A stretch of 64,000 nt of DNA from contig NC_092674.1 of NCBI RefSeq assembly GCF_964355755.1, forward strand, positions 13,020,001 through 13,084,000. The letters run 5' to 3'. Made by a program: the position numbers and the translations under genes. The notes beneath the pieces were generated by a model. That model searched no databases and was not told where the DNA came from. It was given only the letters and a program-made list of their open reading frames with translations. Shown one piece after another: positions 48,501-56,960 of the stretch (position 1 is its first letter; each line of letters begins with the position of its first letter). The stretch comes from Antedon mediterranea (Eukaryota > Animalia > Echinodermata).

Positions 48501-49058
48501 CTCAATGGCAATGCAGTACATACAGATAGCGCGCAACCTTTTCAAACCTAACAGCAACTCAACAACTCGGGTACCATTCGGCTATATCAATTTCTGATAT
48601 AATTTTATACGCTAATTTTATAATTTTCCCTGCACAATACTTCGATGATTTTTTAATAAAATGGATTTTTTAAATTTTTTATTTATTTATTTTTTTTTTG
48701 CAGTACAATGTCATTTTGTTTAAACTACAGGCGTGGCCCGTGAAAAAAAAAGCAAAATATATGTGTCGCAAATATTGGAGGAGAGGAAAAACTATATCAA
48801 CCCGAAAATCATTTTTATACCGCGGACGGTTGTTGAAAATATGTGGTTGCTTCATTTAGATATGTTATTACTGGTACGCCCTTTAAATTGTAAAATACTT
48901 TTTAAATCACACTGAATTATATAGCACATATTATAATTATTAATTTGTGTAACACTTACTTTGGCCTGAAGATCCAATGTAGCACCTGCCTTGAGCAATA
49001 CAGTGCAAACATCTGTGTGGCCGTTTTGTGCAGCCAAATGTAAAGGTGTCCAACCATC
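271..49058 (-). CDS. Multi-exon Roco-family gene, partial: ANK repeats - Death domain - ROC GTPase - start of COR (14 exons traced, 1929 nt / 643 codons)
   Basis: Exons 48960-49058, 42083-42181, 13278-13373, 8761-8877, 7155-7245, 5399-5650, 4606-4771, 4131-4234, 3716-3829, 3269-3382, 2596-2774, 2197-2286, 1659-1817, 271-519. All have AG/GT borders, compatible phases and no stops. Motifs: VPEEILARGPDAV, P-loop GLENVGKT, WDFGGQ, IGTHYE, LPIKWL. Linkage of the two most distant ANK exons is inferred. Confidence 0.88.
1659..1817 (-). CDS. Roco exon: ROC G4 region (GKMYEHRMTNLEFILFWIRSV...IMLIGTHYES)
   Basis: tttag|GGA acceptor, ATG|gtacat donor, 159 nt, phase 0-0. Confidence 0.9.
2197..2286 (-). 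CDS. Roco exon: ROC (IFMVSYAVVCVVFNLNQDLDAPAKVRDPTT)
   Basis: aatag|ATA acceptor, ACT|gtaagt donor, 90 nt, phase 0-0. Confidence 0.9.
2596..2774 (-). CDS. Roco exon: ROC G3 (…FVMNLWDFGGQPIYHVIQR)
   Basis: caacag|AA acceptor, CGG|gtaaat donor, 179 nt; WDFGGQ motif. Confidence 0.92.
3269..3382 (-). CDS. Roco exon: low-complexity insert inside ROC (SRHEKEKNPTGVSTSKQEAK...)
   Basis: tttcag|AA acceptor, G|gtaaat donor, 114 nt, phase 1-1, open frame. Confidence 0.75.
3716..3829 (-). CDS. Roco exon: insert inside ROC (MYQDAVTDVTVKQMLKSPRYTEGYTPRAGPSKEKTKS)
   Basis: ttcag|AC acceptor (an alternative in-frame acceptor would start the exon at 3835), G|gtaaaa donor, phase 1-1. Confidence 0.75.
4131..4234 (-). 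CDS. Roco exon: ROC switch I region (FNPLHIITDAMVKTTVCTPD...)
   Basis: catag|G acceptor, T|gtaagt donor, 104 nt, phase 2-1. Confidence 0.85.
4606..4771 (-). CDS. Roco exon: ROC P-loop (MHVPEEILARGPDAVKAFQNALEEG...IFVGLENVGKTSTINSLLRKE)
   Basis: tttaag|AT acceptor, GA|gtaag donor, 166 nt; GxxxxGKT/S P-loop. Confidence 0.93.
5399..5650 (-). CDS. Roco exon: Death domain (ITTKELINIATTAIDWKQLAVNLEF...YNMLDAW...QLVKALMKSDEKELANNIE)
   Basis: tttag|AT acceptor, A|gtaagt donor, 252 nt, phase 1-1; DWKxLA..L / ML..W / L..AL death-fold pattern. Confidence 0.88.
6068..6541. mobile_element. Non-autonomous TGT...ACA TIR element (Ginger-like MITE)
   Basis: TIRs TGTTACAACCGCTAA / TTAGCGATTGTAACA, direct flanking AAGGG on both sides, subterminal CCAGCTAATGTAGAAAC repeats. 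Confidence 0.7.
7155..7245 (-). CDS. Roco exon: terminal ankyrin-like cap (EGKSALDCY...KEIINILK)
   Basis: gttag|GAG acceptor, G|gtaagt donor, 91 nt, phase 0-1. Confidence 0.8.
7810..8072 (-). mobile_element. Fragment of a Helentron-associated (DINE/HINE-like) non-autonomous element
   Basis: Minus strand reads ccctctgtctaggaggttatgttttcgcc followed by a (gttt)n microsatellite, the typical 5' layout of such elements. Confidence 0.5.
8761..8877 (-). CDS. Roco exon: divergent ankyrin repeat (NGDNAMQVCARA...MDIYNTNK)
   Basis: actag|AAT acceptor, AAG|gtaag donor, 117 nt, phase 0-0. Confidence 0.8.
9552..11426 (-). pseudogene. pogo transposase (HTH-psq / CENP-B HTH / DDE_1, PHD-like C-terminus), one intron 11175-11260
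   Basis: WNLDETG, LLLDNAGPH and QPLD give DD35D. Exon 1 MPRTHKRK... splices G|gtatgg to tttcag|AT. Two in-frame stops (~11096, ~11057) and a frameshift in the C-terminal Cys/His finger. Confidence 0.9.
9985..10105 (-). repeat. 18-bp coding minisatellite (EPVAEN / EPIAED) in the pogo transposase
   Basis: About 6-7 tandem units of the ttctgc(t/c)actggctc(g/a)tt type. Confidence 0.85.
13278..13373 (-). CDS. Roco exon: ankyrin repeat (DGNTPLLLAASVGQTASCIALAQHADLNRKNQ)
   Basis: ttttag|GAT acceptor, CAA|gtaagt donor, 96 nt, phase 0-0; too short for the ORF track. Confidence 0.85.
15284..18263. mobile_element. Non-autonomous Kolobok-like DNA transposon
   Basis: 15-bp TIR AATGGATATGAAAGG / CCTTTCATATCCATT with TTAA on both flanks; no transposase ORF. 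Confidence 0.75.
15741..15802. mobile_element. 62-bp palindromic micro-insertion with 8-bp TSD
   Basis: CAAAGAT...ATCTTTG made of nested TAGCGCCAC/GTGGCGCTA palindromes; CTCTCGAC duplicated at 15733-15740 and 15803-15810. Confidence 0.7.
18494..19823 (-). mobile_element. Probable Helitron/Helentron-type non-autonomous element
   Basis: Begins AACTAG with a perfect 14-bp hairpin ACTAGATGGTACGC-tc-GCGTACCATCTAGT (18495-18524); the far end is approximate. Confidence 0.45.
20242..20455. mobile_element. One terminus of a CCC-ended (EnSpm/CACTA-like) non-autonomous element with CGTATACG subterminal repeats
   Basis: CCCTTTGCAAAAAAGCCGTATACG followed by about 10 (C)GTATACG palindromes; no partner end found. 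Confidence 0.5.
21537..21687 (+). promoter_or_regulatory. Putative promoter of the BEN gene (GC box, two CCAAT boxes, TATA, Inr)
   Basis: GGGTGGGCG 21537, CCAAT 21572, CAGCCAATCAGA 21619-21630, TATAAAG 21646-21652, TCAGTT 21682; ATG at 21703. Confidence 0.65.
21703..22884 (+). CDS. BEN-domain protein (~347 aa), 2 exons 21703-22092 + 22231-22884, transposon cargo
   Basis: GAC|gtaagt ... tgtacag|GTA phase-0 intron joins two ORFs in frame. C-terminal NFALGLVRKLFTKDEMRMGNVNG...LDVVRIQWVK...WKLCVLAIDEGCRR fits the BEN pattern; N-terminal beta-rich module and acidic/basic linker. Confidence 0.88.
22892..22940 (+). terminator. Histone-type 3' processing signal (stem-loop + HDE-like element) after the BEN gene
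   Basis: AAAC-GGCTCTTTTCAGAGCC(22903-22918)-ACCA, 18 nt after the stop; CAAAAGAGATTT at 22929-22940. Confidence 0.88.
23588..23635 (-). terminator. Histone-type 3' processing signal (stem-loop + HDE-like element) after the transposase gene
   Basis: Minus strand AAAC-GGCTCTTTTCAGAGCC(23624-23609)-ATAAATTGA-CAAAAGAGATTT(23599-23588), 29 nt after the stop. Confidence 0.88.
23654..24676 (-). CDS. Tc1-family DD34E transposase, intact (340 aa)
   Basis: N-terminal HTH + GRKPK linker; VIWTDE, FQQDNDPKH, SPDLNPIENVW with 34 residues between D2 and E. Confidence 0.96.
   Translation of the reverse strand: MKGQLSLYLRERIVRLNELGMRQRRIVDVLREEEQVEVERHTVGRIIKTYKETGSWAARIRSGRKPKFTIEHAHFIDDLYRDDDELTSYQISGIFRDVFDLNVSASTIRRRRNKLGWKKSGPKYCQMIRDVNKVKRLEFCTRMLDDGDMFEDVIWTDETSIHLEQHGKVCFYKKGEEPKLKPKAKHPVKVHVWGGISFRGATNFLIFGGNMNAEFYVNEILEATLQPYIRHMFPDSHRFQQDNDPKHTSNLSTRYMEEHGINWWKTPPESPDLNPIENVWHQLKNNLRRHVKPKNQQELINGIENWWKTTLTPELCGRYIRHIHKVIPVVIERNGRASGY
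24684..24789 (-). promoter_or_regulatory. Putative promoter of the transposase (CCAAT, GC box, TATA, Inr)
   Basis: Minus strand CAGCCAATCAGA 24789-24778, GGGCGTGG 24737-24730, TATAAAG 24718-24712, TTCACTG 24690-24684. Confidence 0.65.
26560..27640. repeat. Minisatellite of alternating 35/36-bp units (71-bp higher-order dimer)
   Basis: aaaaatctacattatttggctattattgggctatt + aaaaatctacataaaaatggctattatttgtctact; period 71 (26940, 27011, 27082). Confidence 0.92.
27750..28285. repeat. Imperfect ~200-bp tandem repeat (~2.5 copies)
   Basis: tatttgtaaaccttaat...acttttgtaacaatttagacttattaagtgaaacaagac recurs at ~27753, ~27966, ~28162. Confidence 0.8.
29490..31722. repeat. 164-bp satellite array (~13.5 near-identical copies)
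   Basis: gagactactacaagtc recurs at 29910, 30074, 30238, 30402...; diverged copies at ~28540-28810. Confidence 0.95.
34945..35245 (+). pseudogene. LINE (CR1/L2-group) reverse transcriptase fragment
   Basis: WFKSYLSQRKQIV...GIPQGSVLGPILFILFINDLP...FADD. Confidence 0.88.
36880..38062 (+). mobile_element. RTE-type LINE 5' fragment (UTR + AP-endonuclease N-terminus), frameshifted
   Basis: IATWNVRSM, LGVAEHRWAGQGHF, GVGIYL, YNPISDRVLSVRLHGKP, VYAPT. Confidence 0.85.
38063..40655 (+). mobile_element. Truncated Gypsy-like LTR retrotransposon (partial 5' LTR, PBS, gag, protease)
   Basis: LTR end ...TATTACA at 38418 followed by TGGTGG PBS; gag-like 39102-39551 (FKRSLQGQARLW); protease LFDSGS...DLIFG at 40151-40666. 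Confidence 0.75.
40860..40980. mobile_element. Right end of a Tigger/pogo-type MITE
   Basis: Repeated GTGCGTCTTATAC, ending AAATATACGG|TA. Confidence 0.55.
42083..42181 (-). CDS. Ankyrin-repeat exon (DGWTPLHSAANNGKTNVCTILLKAGANLDLTTN)
   Basis: tttcag|GAT acceptor, AAT|gtaag donor, 99 nt, phase 0-0; canonical G-TPLH-AA. Confidence 0.9.
43090..43510 (-). pseudogene. Highly decayed LINE-RT-like fragment, part of the duplicated intron unit (paralog ~49670-49985)
   Basis: Clear nucleotide paralogy with 49670-49985; the RT assignment rests on weak residual similarity only. Confidence 0.4.
44411..45022 (+). mobile_element. Helentron-associated non-autonomous element (DINE/HINE-like)
   Basis: Sub-TIRs TTACCTCCGCC / GGCGGAGGTA, 3' hairpin CACTC-tcg-GAGTG, CTAG end; absent from the paralogous site near 62150. 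Confidence 0.75.
45617..46690 (-). mobile_element. 5'-truncated LINE (L2/Rex1-like) with RT C-terminus and (TGATA)n tail
   Basis: ORF 45778-46668: GTPQGSVISPMLFSLF, KYADD, LNIKKTKEMQIDFRK, YKYLG, RFRCSFVPNAI; microsatellite tail ~45617-45632. Confidence 0.9.
47527..48398. mobile_element. TA-flanked Tigger/pogo-type non-autonomous element containing a HIRAN-like ORF remnant
   Basis: TA|CCGTAAATCTTTTAATAG ... CTATTAGAAGATTTACGG|TA; GGGTTACTATTAG subterminal repeats. Confidence 0.75.
47809..48120 (+). pseudogene. HIRAN-like domain fragment
   Basis: IRGHHVHKQVWKPITGE...VGHVQNELS...FL...INVEVMG...GLLV resembles the HIRAN RGYH..W.P..GE / VGHVP / VTG / GLE pattern. Confidence 0.6.
48960..49058 (-). 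CDS. Ankyrin-repeat exon (DGWTPLHLAAQNGHTDVCTVLLKAGATLDLQAK)
   Basis: tttcag|GAT acceptor, AAA|gtaag donor, 99 nt, phase 0-0; flanks paralogous to the 42083 exon. Confidence 0.9.
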
Positions 49059-51705
49059 CTGAAATATTACAAACATTATGTTATAGTTTTTTTCATTCTA
49101 AACAAAGTATTATAATATTGTCCTGAAATCAATGCAATGTGATCAATTAAAAATAACGTTCTGGATTTAAATAATGCTACATTGTTAAATTAAATAAAGA
49201 TTATTAACCTCTCATGTTTTCTTTAAGATAATGTATTGTATACGTATACATCTGTCTTGCTTGTATAACTTTTATAGTACTTTATAAATGTAAAACAAGT
49301 GTTTCTTTGCCTGAAATGTAAACACTTTATCCGGTAGTGCTAACTAGTCTCAGTGTAAATGTGTTGACGAGAGGACGTTCTGCCGATAGGGGGCCAAAAT
49401 CACGTATTATGGCTATGCACAATATTTTTTTGGCGTTCCAGATAATTGTATTTTATTGTTTATGTGGTTTGGCATTATTTATGATTGTTTGACAAATTTT
49501 AAAAGTTTATATGCTTTCTCATCTTTTAAATCAAATATCAACTGTATACGTGAAGCATAATTAACAATACATTTCAGTTCCAACATATCCTTACATACTG
49601 CAATATCAAACGTGGTTCTTAATTGATATGACAATCCTTATTGCAACTTAAAAGAAGCTATACTGGTATTGGGTGCAATAGAATCTGACAAACGGCATCC
49701 TTCAATAACTGCTGTAAAATCAAGAGGGGCTAAACTTGAACCAGGACACTGGGGTAACCCCATATTCATCACGAAAGATGCCCTGGATAATTTATCATCT
49801 TGTTTTAAATAAGATGTAATTAGAATTCTATGGAGCTCAACAGCATTCTAGATATTCTAGATAAATGTCATTCATACTCATTGGGAGTAGGCTGGTTTAT
49901 TAAGCAGAAACCAGATATCCTTTGACTTGCACCAGCTTAAACTTATTATCGTTTGACCAAAATGATCAGCATTAACCTTAAAAATGGGAGCCAATAATCA
50001 AATTTCTAACGTATTACCTTGTCAACTAACTGATGAAGCGAGAATAAATTATCTAAGTAAAATTTACAAACACCTTGTTAACCTGTTTCAGGTTAAAACA
50101 TTTTTCATTTGTTTATTTATAGTCACAAAATGTAATAATATCATTGTGTTTTGGTCTGGTTGTACAATGTTTATTAAATGGAGGAGGTCTACCTGGTTTT
50201 CTCTCGCTGCGATGTATTTTTATGAGCTGGGTCAAATTCGATAGAAAAGAAACTTCCTAGCTACTAGATTCAATTTTCCTGTAAAAATGATATGATTTCA
50301 TGAAAAAAGGCCATTAGGCCTAAACATGTAAATATTTGTATCAATTGTATTGACTGGATTGGTTTGGATCACCGCTGGGATTAGTCCTGAAAGCAGAATA
50401 ATAGAGCAGGTTTATCGTATTTTTATACCGCATGCAAAAATCCTCCCTCCCTGCCTCAATTTCCGCCGCTTTATTTAGGCTTCCTCCAAAGCAATTATTG
50501 TTATTGATTATACGAATTACGTAATTAGTTCAGTAGCTTATAGCAGGGAGTTGTAAAATAAAAATTATACTTGTAAAATTATTTTACAACTCCCTGCTGA
50601 TAGTACCTTTTTAGTAGGGCAAAAAAAGACAATTCGAGCATAAGCAACACAATCCAACTAATTGGAACTGTTATTTGTAATAGTATAATTTAAATGCAGA
50701 AGTTCACAGTAAGTTCACGTCTTTGTATCACTGTTTATGTAAATTATATTAAAACATTTTTTAAGTTTCCAGATAATTGGAATGTTATCAGTTTGACAAA
50801 TTAAATTTGTCAAATCAGAAATCACTATAATGTATGACTGATGAGTTCAAGTTTAATCAGAAAATATCACTGATGACGCAAATTATAGCTAAACATTAAT
50901 TATACACATTATTGTCAACATGATCGCGTTGATGGTATTGCTGTATATGTACGTAAATATCATAGTATAGCATCTGACAAAAAACGTGAAGAAATGAGTC
51001 TATCTTCGTATACTAAGCGACTTACTTTATCTATATATATATCCCAATATATTTGGTTGGTGTCATAATGGGCGATTTTAAACTCACATAAACGGGCAAT
51101 AAAATCCTCGTTATTGAAAAAAAACAGTACTATTTTAAGCTTATACACTACAGAATATTTTAATTATCTACTTACTAATATTTATATATTGTTTTCTCTT
51201 TTTACTTGGTTGTTAGATAAATCATGTTACTGAGAAACGGCAAACATTCTAGTTTAAATTCTTTATGTTAAGTATACCCACAGATTGCACTATTTACTAT
51301 ATACTTAAATAGGTTCTCTTTTTGTACTGTGTTGAGAATAGAAAATATTTCACTTCAAACATTTCCCAAAAAAATGGTACACAACAATGAAAAAAAAAAT
51401 GTGTGTTACGTTCTTGTCACTTGAACGATTCTTGCGACTGAGTTGAACCTCGAAAATGCCGGTCAGATGTAAAAACAAGTTAAAAAGAATAAATTAGCAA
51501 TTGTCACTGCATACTCATCCATCAAACTAGCCGCCATCGAGCAAATAGTCAATTCACAGTCATTCAGATTAACAAAAAAAAATACACTTATTTTCAGGTG
51601 ATTTTTTTTTTCTTACTTAATTTTTGTTTTGTTTTATATTATTGTAGATCTTTGTTTTCTTTGTTTGTACTACTACTGTATGATGCCAGGCCAATTATAT
51701 ATTGG

Positions 51706-52100
51706 TGTCATATTATTGATGTTGTGATTCTCTGTGTTTAGAGAAGGATGCTTTAGACCAGGTCCGCCTTAATTAGCCAATCAAAATCGCATAAATTTTG
51801 GAGGGAAAATGTTATCCTCCTCTGAAGCCAAAAATTTGCATATCCAGTATAAAAGTGGAATGTAATAGGGGAGAAGAGAGAATAAGATCAGAGTAGATAA
51901 ACGGAAAGATGATAAAGAAAATATTAAGGCTTGACTGGTAGTGATAGAAAGATGTATTAATCGAATTACAAGGAATAAAAGTTCTAGTTGAGTTAAATAT
52001 ACTTTTTGTATGAGTTATCATTCAGTGACTGTGTACGTCGCGTGGAGTTATATATATACGCCTGAGAAAGCTCGGAACCAACTAAAATAAATTCACTACA
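51706..52100 (+). repeat. 5' LTR (395 bp)
   Basis: Differs from the 3' LTR by about 2 substitutions and a 7-bp indel (read by eye). Confidence 0.95.
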
Positions 52101-52508
52101 TGGTGACAGCGGTGAAAATTTTTGTTTAAGATACATGATTTAAGTATCACGAAGAAGAAGAAGTGACAGTGCCTACTCTACGGGCCTGTTAAATCAGTAA
52201 CCAAAAAGTTAAATGGTTACGAAGATCTGGATTCCTGACAGTTTTTATACCGTGCGTTGTTTGGATATTACAACGAAGAAGAAGTACTGTTGAGCTCAAG
52301 ACTGCTGGATATTCATCGGAGATACTGTATATATTCACCGAGGTCTGAAAGAAGAAGACTGAAGTAACAGAAGGAAGCCCAGTAAATTTGGAGAAGATTT
52401 GCAAAGCTGACTTTGTAAACTATTTTTTATTTCGAAAGTAAATTTTTGTACGGAGCGAACTTGGAACGTTGTTTGTGACTTTGAAGTAAATTAATGTCTT
52501 AGATTGTA

Positions 52509-53641
52509 TTGCAATTGAGATTAGAAGCAGATATAGAGCAAAAGAAAATAGAATCACAAGAAAGAGTGAAAATGATGGAATTAGAAAATAGGTCTAGCTA
52601 CAGTAATGCTAGGAATATAGTAGATGAAATGAAGGTAAAGGTTCCTACTTTGAAGGAATCAGATGATATTGATATATATTTTAGAACATTTGAACACTTG
52701 GCAGAAGCCACAGGTTGGGATAAGAATACGTGGTCCGCTAGGTTTAGCACCTGAACTGTCTGGTAAAGCTAGGACAGCATATGCATCCTTAACCGTAAAA
52801 GAATGTGTAGATTATGATACCTTAAAGAAGGCAATCTTAGAAAAGTATGATGTGTCCGCAGAGACCTACAGATTTAAATTTAGAAATTCAAACAGAGTTA
52901 AAGATATGTCCATCAGGGAATGGCTGAATGAGCTCTCCCATTATTTAAAATGTTGGATGAAATGGGCTAATGTAAAAGAAGATGATGCTGCAGGCATTAT
53001 TGAAATGATTATAATGGAACAGGCACTTGATAAAATGCCTGAAGATCTGAGGTTTATCTTAGAGATAAACAAGTAAATAAGAGCGATGATATGGCTATGA
53101 TAGCCGATGATTATATAGCTAATAGAGGTGGCCGTGGCTACTGGAATGCCGTAAATTCTGAAAATAAGCCTACGTATTATAAGGGCCAAGAAAATAGTAA
53201 ACCTAAGAATAGTACGACTCAGAATAACCCTGGAGCTAGGCAGCAAGGATACAATAGGTATCGCGGAAGGGGAGGCAAATTCCATAACTATGAATGGAAT
53301 GGATTAATGGCCTATGCTTTAATTGTAAGGAGAAGGGACATAAAATAGGGGATTGTCCTAAGATGGTAGCAAAAGGAAAGACTAGTGACACTAAGAAGGG
53401 CCCGAATGTGAAAGATGGCTTAAGATGTGAAGGACTAAAATCAGATAGACCCCAAGTAGTTATAGATAGTGTAGAAAATAAAATGGAGAAATGTACAATA
53501 CCAGGAAAATTAGAAGGACAGGATATAACTATGCTAAGAGACTCGGGATGTACCCAGTCAGCTTATAAGGAAAGTCTAGTGCCTAACAAATGTTACTTGC
53601 CAGGAAAATGGGTTACGGAGGCGATATTACCGTCCCCTTAG
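52509..53641 (+). pseudogene. gag (SCAN-related capsid, CCHC knuckle) and protease, split by frameshifts/stops
   Basis: DIDIYFRTFE..A...W, LSGKARTAY, YRFKFR; CFNCKEKGHKIGDC; LRDSGCTQS. Confidence 0.88.
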
Positions 53642-55569
53642 CTGAGGTAGCTATAGAAAGTAAGATAGTGACAGGAAAAGTGATTGTAGCCGTAATCGAA
53701 GGATTACAGAGGGACATGTTATTGGGTCATGATTTGGACCAGAATTGTGGGGAAACAATGGCTAAAGAAATGTTCGTCCTAACTAGGGAGCAAGCCAGAA
53801 TAGAAAATGATGTTAGAATACAAGACGAAATGATATTGTTAGGGAAAGATAGTAACTTTAAGCCGATAGAAGAGCCGCCTAAAGAAACTAATGTACAATT
53901 GTTGAAAACAACAAATGAAATGAATGACAACAAAGTAAATAAAACTAAGTGTTTAGATGATATGAATGGAACAGAAATGAATAATTTGTTTGACGAAAAT
54001 GAGGATAAAGCTAAAGATAAAACAGTCAAACATAAAACTTATGAACAACAGCACAAGCTGAACCTAACTAAACAAGAACTGATCAAATTGCAAACTAAGG
54101 ATGACTCACTCAAAGGAGTGTTTGACAGGGTAGTCCCTATAGAAGAAATAGGTCAGCATAGGGTATGTTTCTTTATGAGACAAGGTATATTGATGAGAAA
54201 TTGGAGTAGTATTAAAGATAAGAATAACCAAGTGGAACAGATTGTATTACCCACTCAGTGTAGACAGGGTGTATTACACTTAGGTCATAATGTGCCATTT
54301 GCAGGTCACATGGGTGTTGAGAAAACTAAAAGTAGGGTCCTGAACCAATTCTATTGGCCAGGTATATTTAAAGATGTGGTAGTCTATTGTAAAGTCTGTA
54401 AGGAATGGCAAAATGTAGATAAGGGTAAAAGTAAAAGGAAACATACTTTGATACCATTACCAATTATAAGTACACCATTTAAACGTATAGCGATAGACAT
54501 TGTTGGACTCTTATCTAGAACAAGCCGTAATAACAAATATATGCTTACTATAATTGACTATGCTACGAGATATCCGGATGCTATCCCGTTACCCAATGTT
54601 AGAGCTGAAACAGTAGCCAGGGCTCTAATAGAAGTCTTTACTAGAGTAGGATTACCCGAAGAGATTGTACATGATCAAGGAACTAATTTCATGTCTTCAA
54701 TTATGCAATCTATATGTAGTATGTTGGGGATTAATCAATTAAAGACTACAGTGTACCACCCCCAAAGCAATGGGCTTGTTGAAAGATTTCACGGTACATT
54801 GAAAAATATGATAAGGACACTTACAGTTAAGCAAAGAAAAAATTGGGATAACTACATACCCCCCTTTCTGTTTGCATACAGAGAAGTTCCTAGTAAAGCG
54901 ACGGGCCATTCACCTTTTAAATTGCTTTATGGTAGAGAGGTGAGGGGACCCTTGAGTTTACTCAAAAGTAATTGGGTAGAAGATGAAGAAACATCTACTG
55001 ATGTTATCAAATACATGTTAGACATAAGAGAAAAAATGGAGGTATTAATGAAAGATGCTAATGTAAACAAACTTGAACAACAAGAAATTATGTCCCACAA
55101 TTATAACAAGAATGCTATTGATAGAGAATTTGTAGAAGGGGACAAAGTGTTGATATTCCTTCCAGTAGGAAATAGTAAGTTAGACAGTAAATGGCAAGCC
55201 CCCTTCACTGTTACAAAAAAGGTCAATGATGTAAATTATGAAATATACATAGGAGGTAGAAGAAAAGAAAAACACATTCTACATGTTAATATGTTAAAGA
55301 GATGGTATGATAAAGTAGAAATAAGTAAAGATGGTTATTATGTAGTAACAAATGTTCAGTCGATAGAAGAAGTAGACTTAAATGAAACAGTCCATGACAA
55401 TGAGTTAGATAGTGAAATAGACATAGGATTGTCTTATCATCAATCAAAAACATGGAGAGATGTTAACGTTAGTAGTAATTTAAATGATACACAAACTAAA
55501 CAATTAACAGAATTGTTAAAGTACCAACAGAATGTATTCTCGGATGTACAAGGTAGAACTCACTTTTAG
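53590..55569 (+). pseudogene. pol: protease C-terminus + integrase (zinc finger, DDE, GPY/F-like)
   Basis: GHNVPFAGHMG, FYWPG, IAIDIVG, HDQGTNF, YHPQSNGLVERF; last zinc-finger Cys replaced by Trp. Confidence 0.92.
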
Positions 55570-56858
55570 TGACACATGAAATTAAGACTAATGGTGAAAT
55601 GCCTATAAGGCATAGGGCATATAGAACGCCCCAAGCATTAAAGGGTAAATTGAAAGAGGAATTAGATAGTATGTTGGCTATGGGTATAATAGAACCTACA
55701 GTTAGTGCCTATGCTGCACCTATTATTGCCCTGAAGAAAGGCCAGAATCAAATTAGAATGGTGACAGATTTTAGATCACTAAATAAGACTACACAATTTG
55801 ACCCTTATGTTATGCCTCGCATAGACGAAATGTTGGATGAGGTATCATCCGCAATATACATAACTACGTTAGATCTAACTAAAGGATTTCACCAGGTGCC
55901 TCTGGATCCTAAGACCAAAGACAAATCAGCATTTATTACACAATTTGGACAGTATTGTTACAATGTACTTCCATTTGGTATGCAAAATAGCTCTAGTACT
56001 TTCCAAAGATTAATGGATAAGGTATTACAAGGTACTGAGGGATATGCTAAGGCATATATAGATGACATATGTATTTATAGTCAAACTTGGAAAGATCATA
56101 TTTTTTATTTGAATGATGTATTAGAAAGATTAAGTAGTGCTGGATTGACAGCAAAGCCTTTGAAATGTAAAATTGCCTATGCACAGGTAGAATTTCTGGG
56201 GCATAAGATTGGTAATGGAGAAATTAGACCCATGATTGATAAGGTTGAGGCTGTGGAAAAGTTCCCCAGACCTTTGTCTAAGAAACAAGTCCGATCATTT
56301 CTCGGATTAACTGGCTATTACAGAAAATTTGTACAGAACTATGCCGATATGGCTAAGCCATTGATTGATTTAACTTTAAAGAGTAAAAGTAATACCATTA
56401 AGTGGAATGAACAATGTGAAAATGCCTTTGTAACTTTAAAGAAACGACTTACTGATGATAATGTATTAAAAGCCCCAAATTTTGATAAGATGTTTATAGT
56501 GCAAACCGATGCCTCAAATTATGGCATATGTGCAGTGCTGAGCCAAATAGATGGTGAGGGTAATGATTATCCCATTGTGTACTTAAGTAGAAAGTTATCC
56601 GTACATGAGCAGAGATATTCTGTGCCAGAAAAAGAGTGCCTCTCTATTGTTTGGGCTATCAATAAACTTAAGTATTATCTGTATGGTTGTGAATTTCAAG
56701 TTCATACTGACCACCAGGCATTGAGATGGATGGACTCAATGAAGGGTGCCAATGTTAGACTTATGAGATGGGCTCTGTTTTTACAAGGATATAAATTTAA
56801 AGTTATTTACAAGAAAGGATCATTAAATGGAAATGCAGATGGACTAAGCCGTGCATAA
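55569..56858 (+). pseudogene. pol: reverse transcriptase + RNase H
   Basis: LDLTKGFHQV, LPFGM, AYIDD, QTDAS, EKECL, TDHQAL, NADGLSR. Confidence 0.95.
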
Positions 56859-56960
56859 ATAATATTATAGAGGTGTTATTAGTAGATAGTTTAAAGTAAA
56901 ATGGTTTTAAATGTTAAATTTTTGGAAAGATTGACACAATCTTTTTCCCAAAAAGGGGAA

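Noticed and set aside
271-49058. Naming the gene DAPK1, LRRK or MFHAS1
   Set aside because: No kinase or LRR seen and the domain order differs; orthology cannot be supported from this window.
51812-52021. Short ORF repeated at 57008-57283
   Set aside because: Incidental frames in LTR sequence; repeated only because the LTR is.
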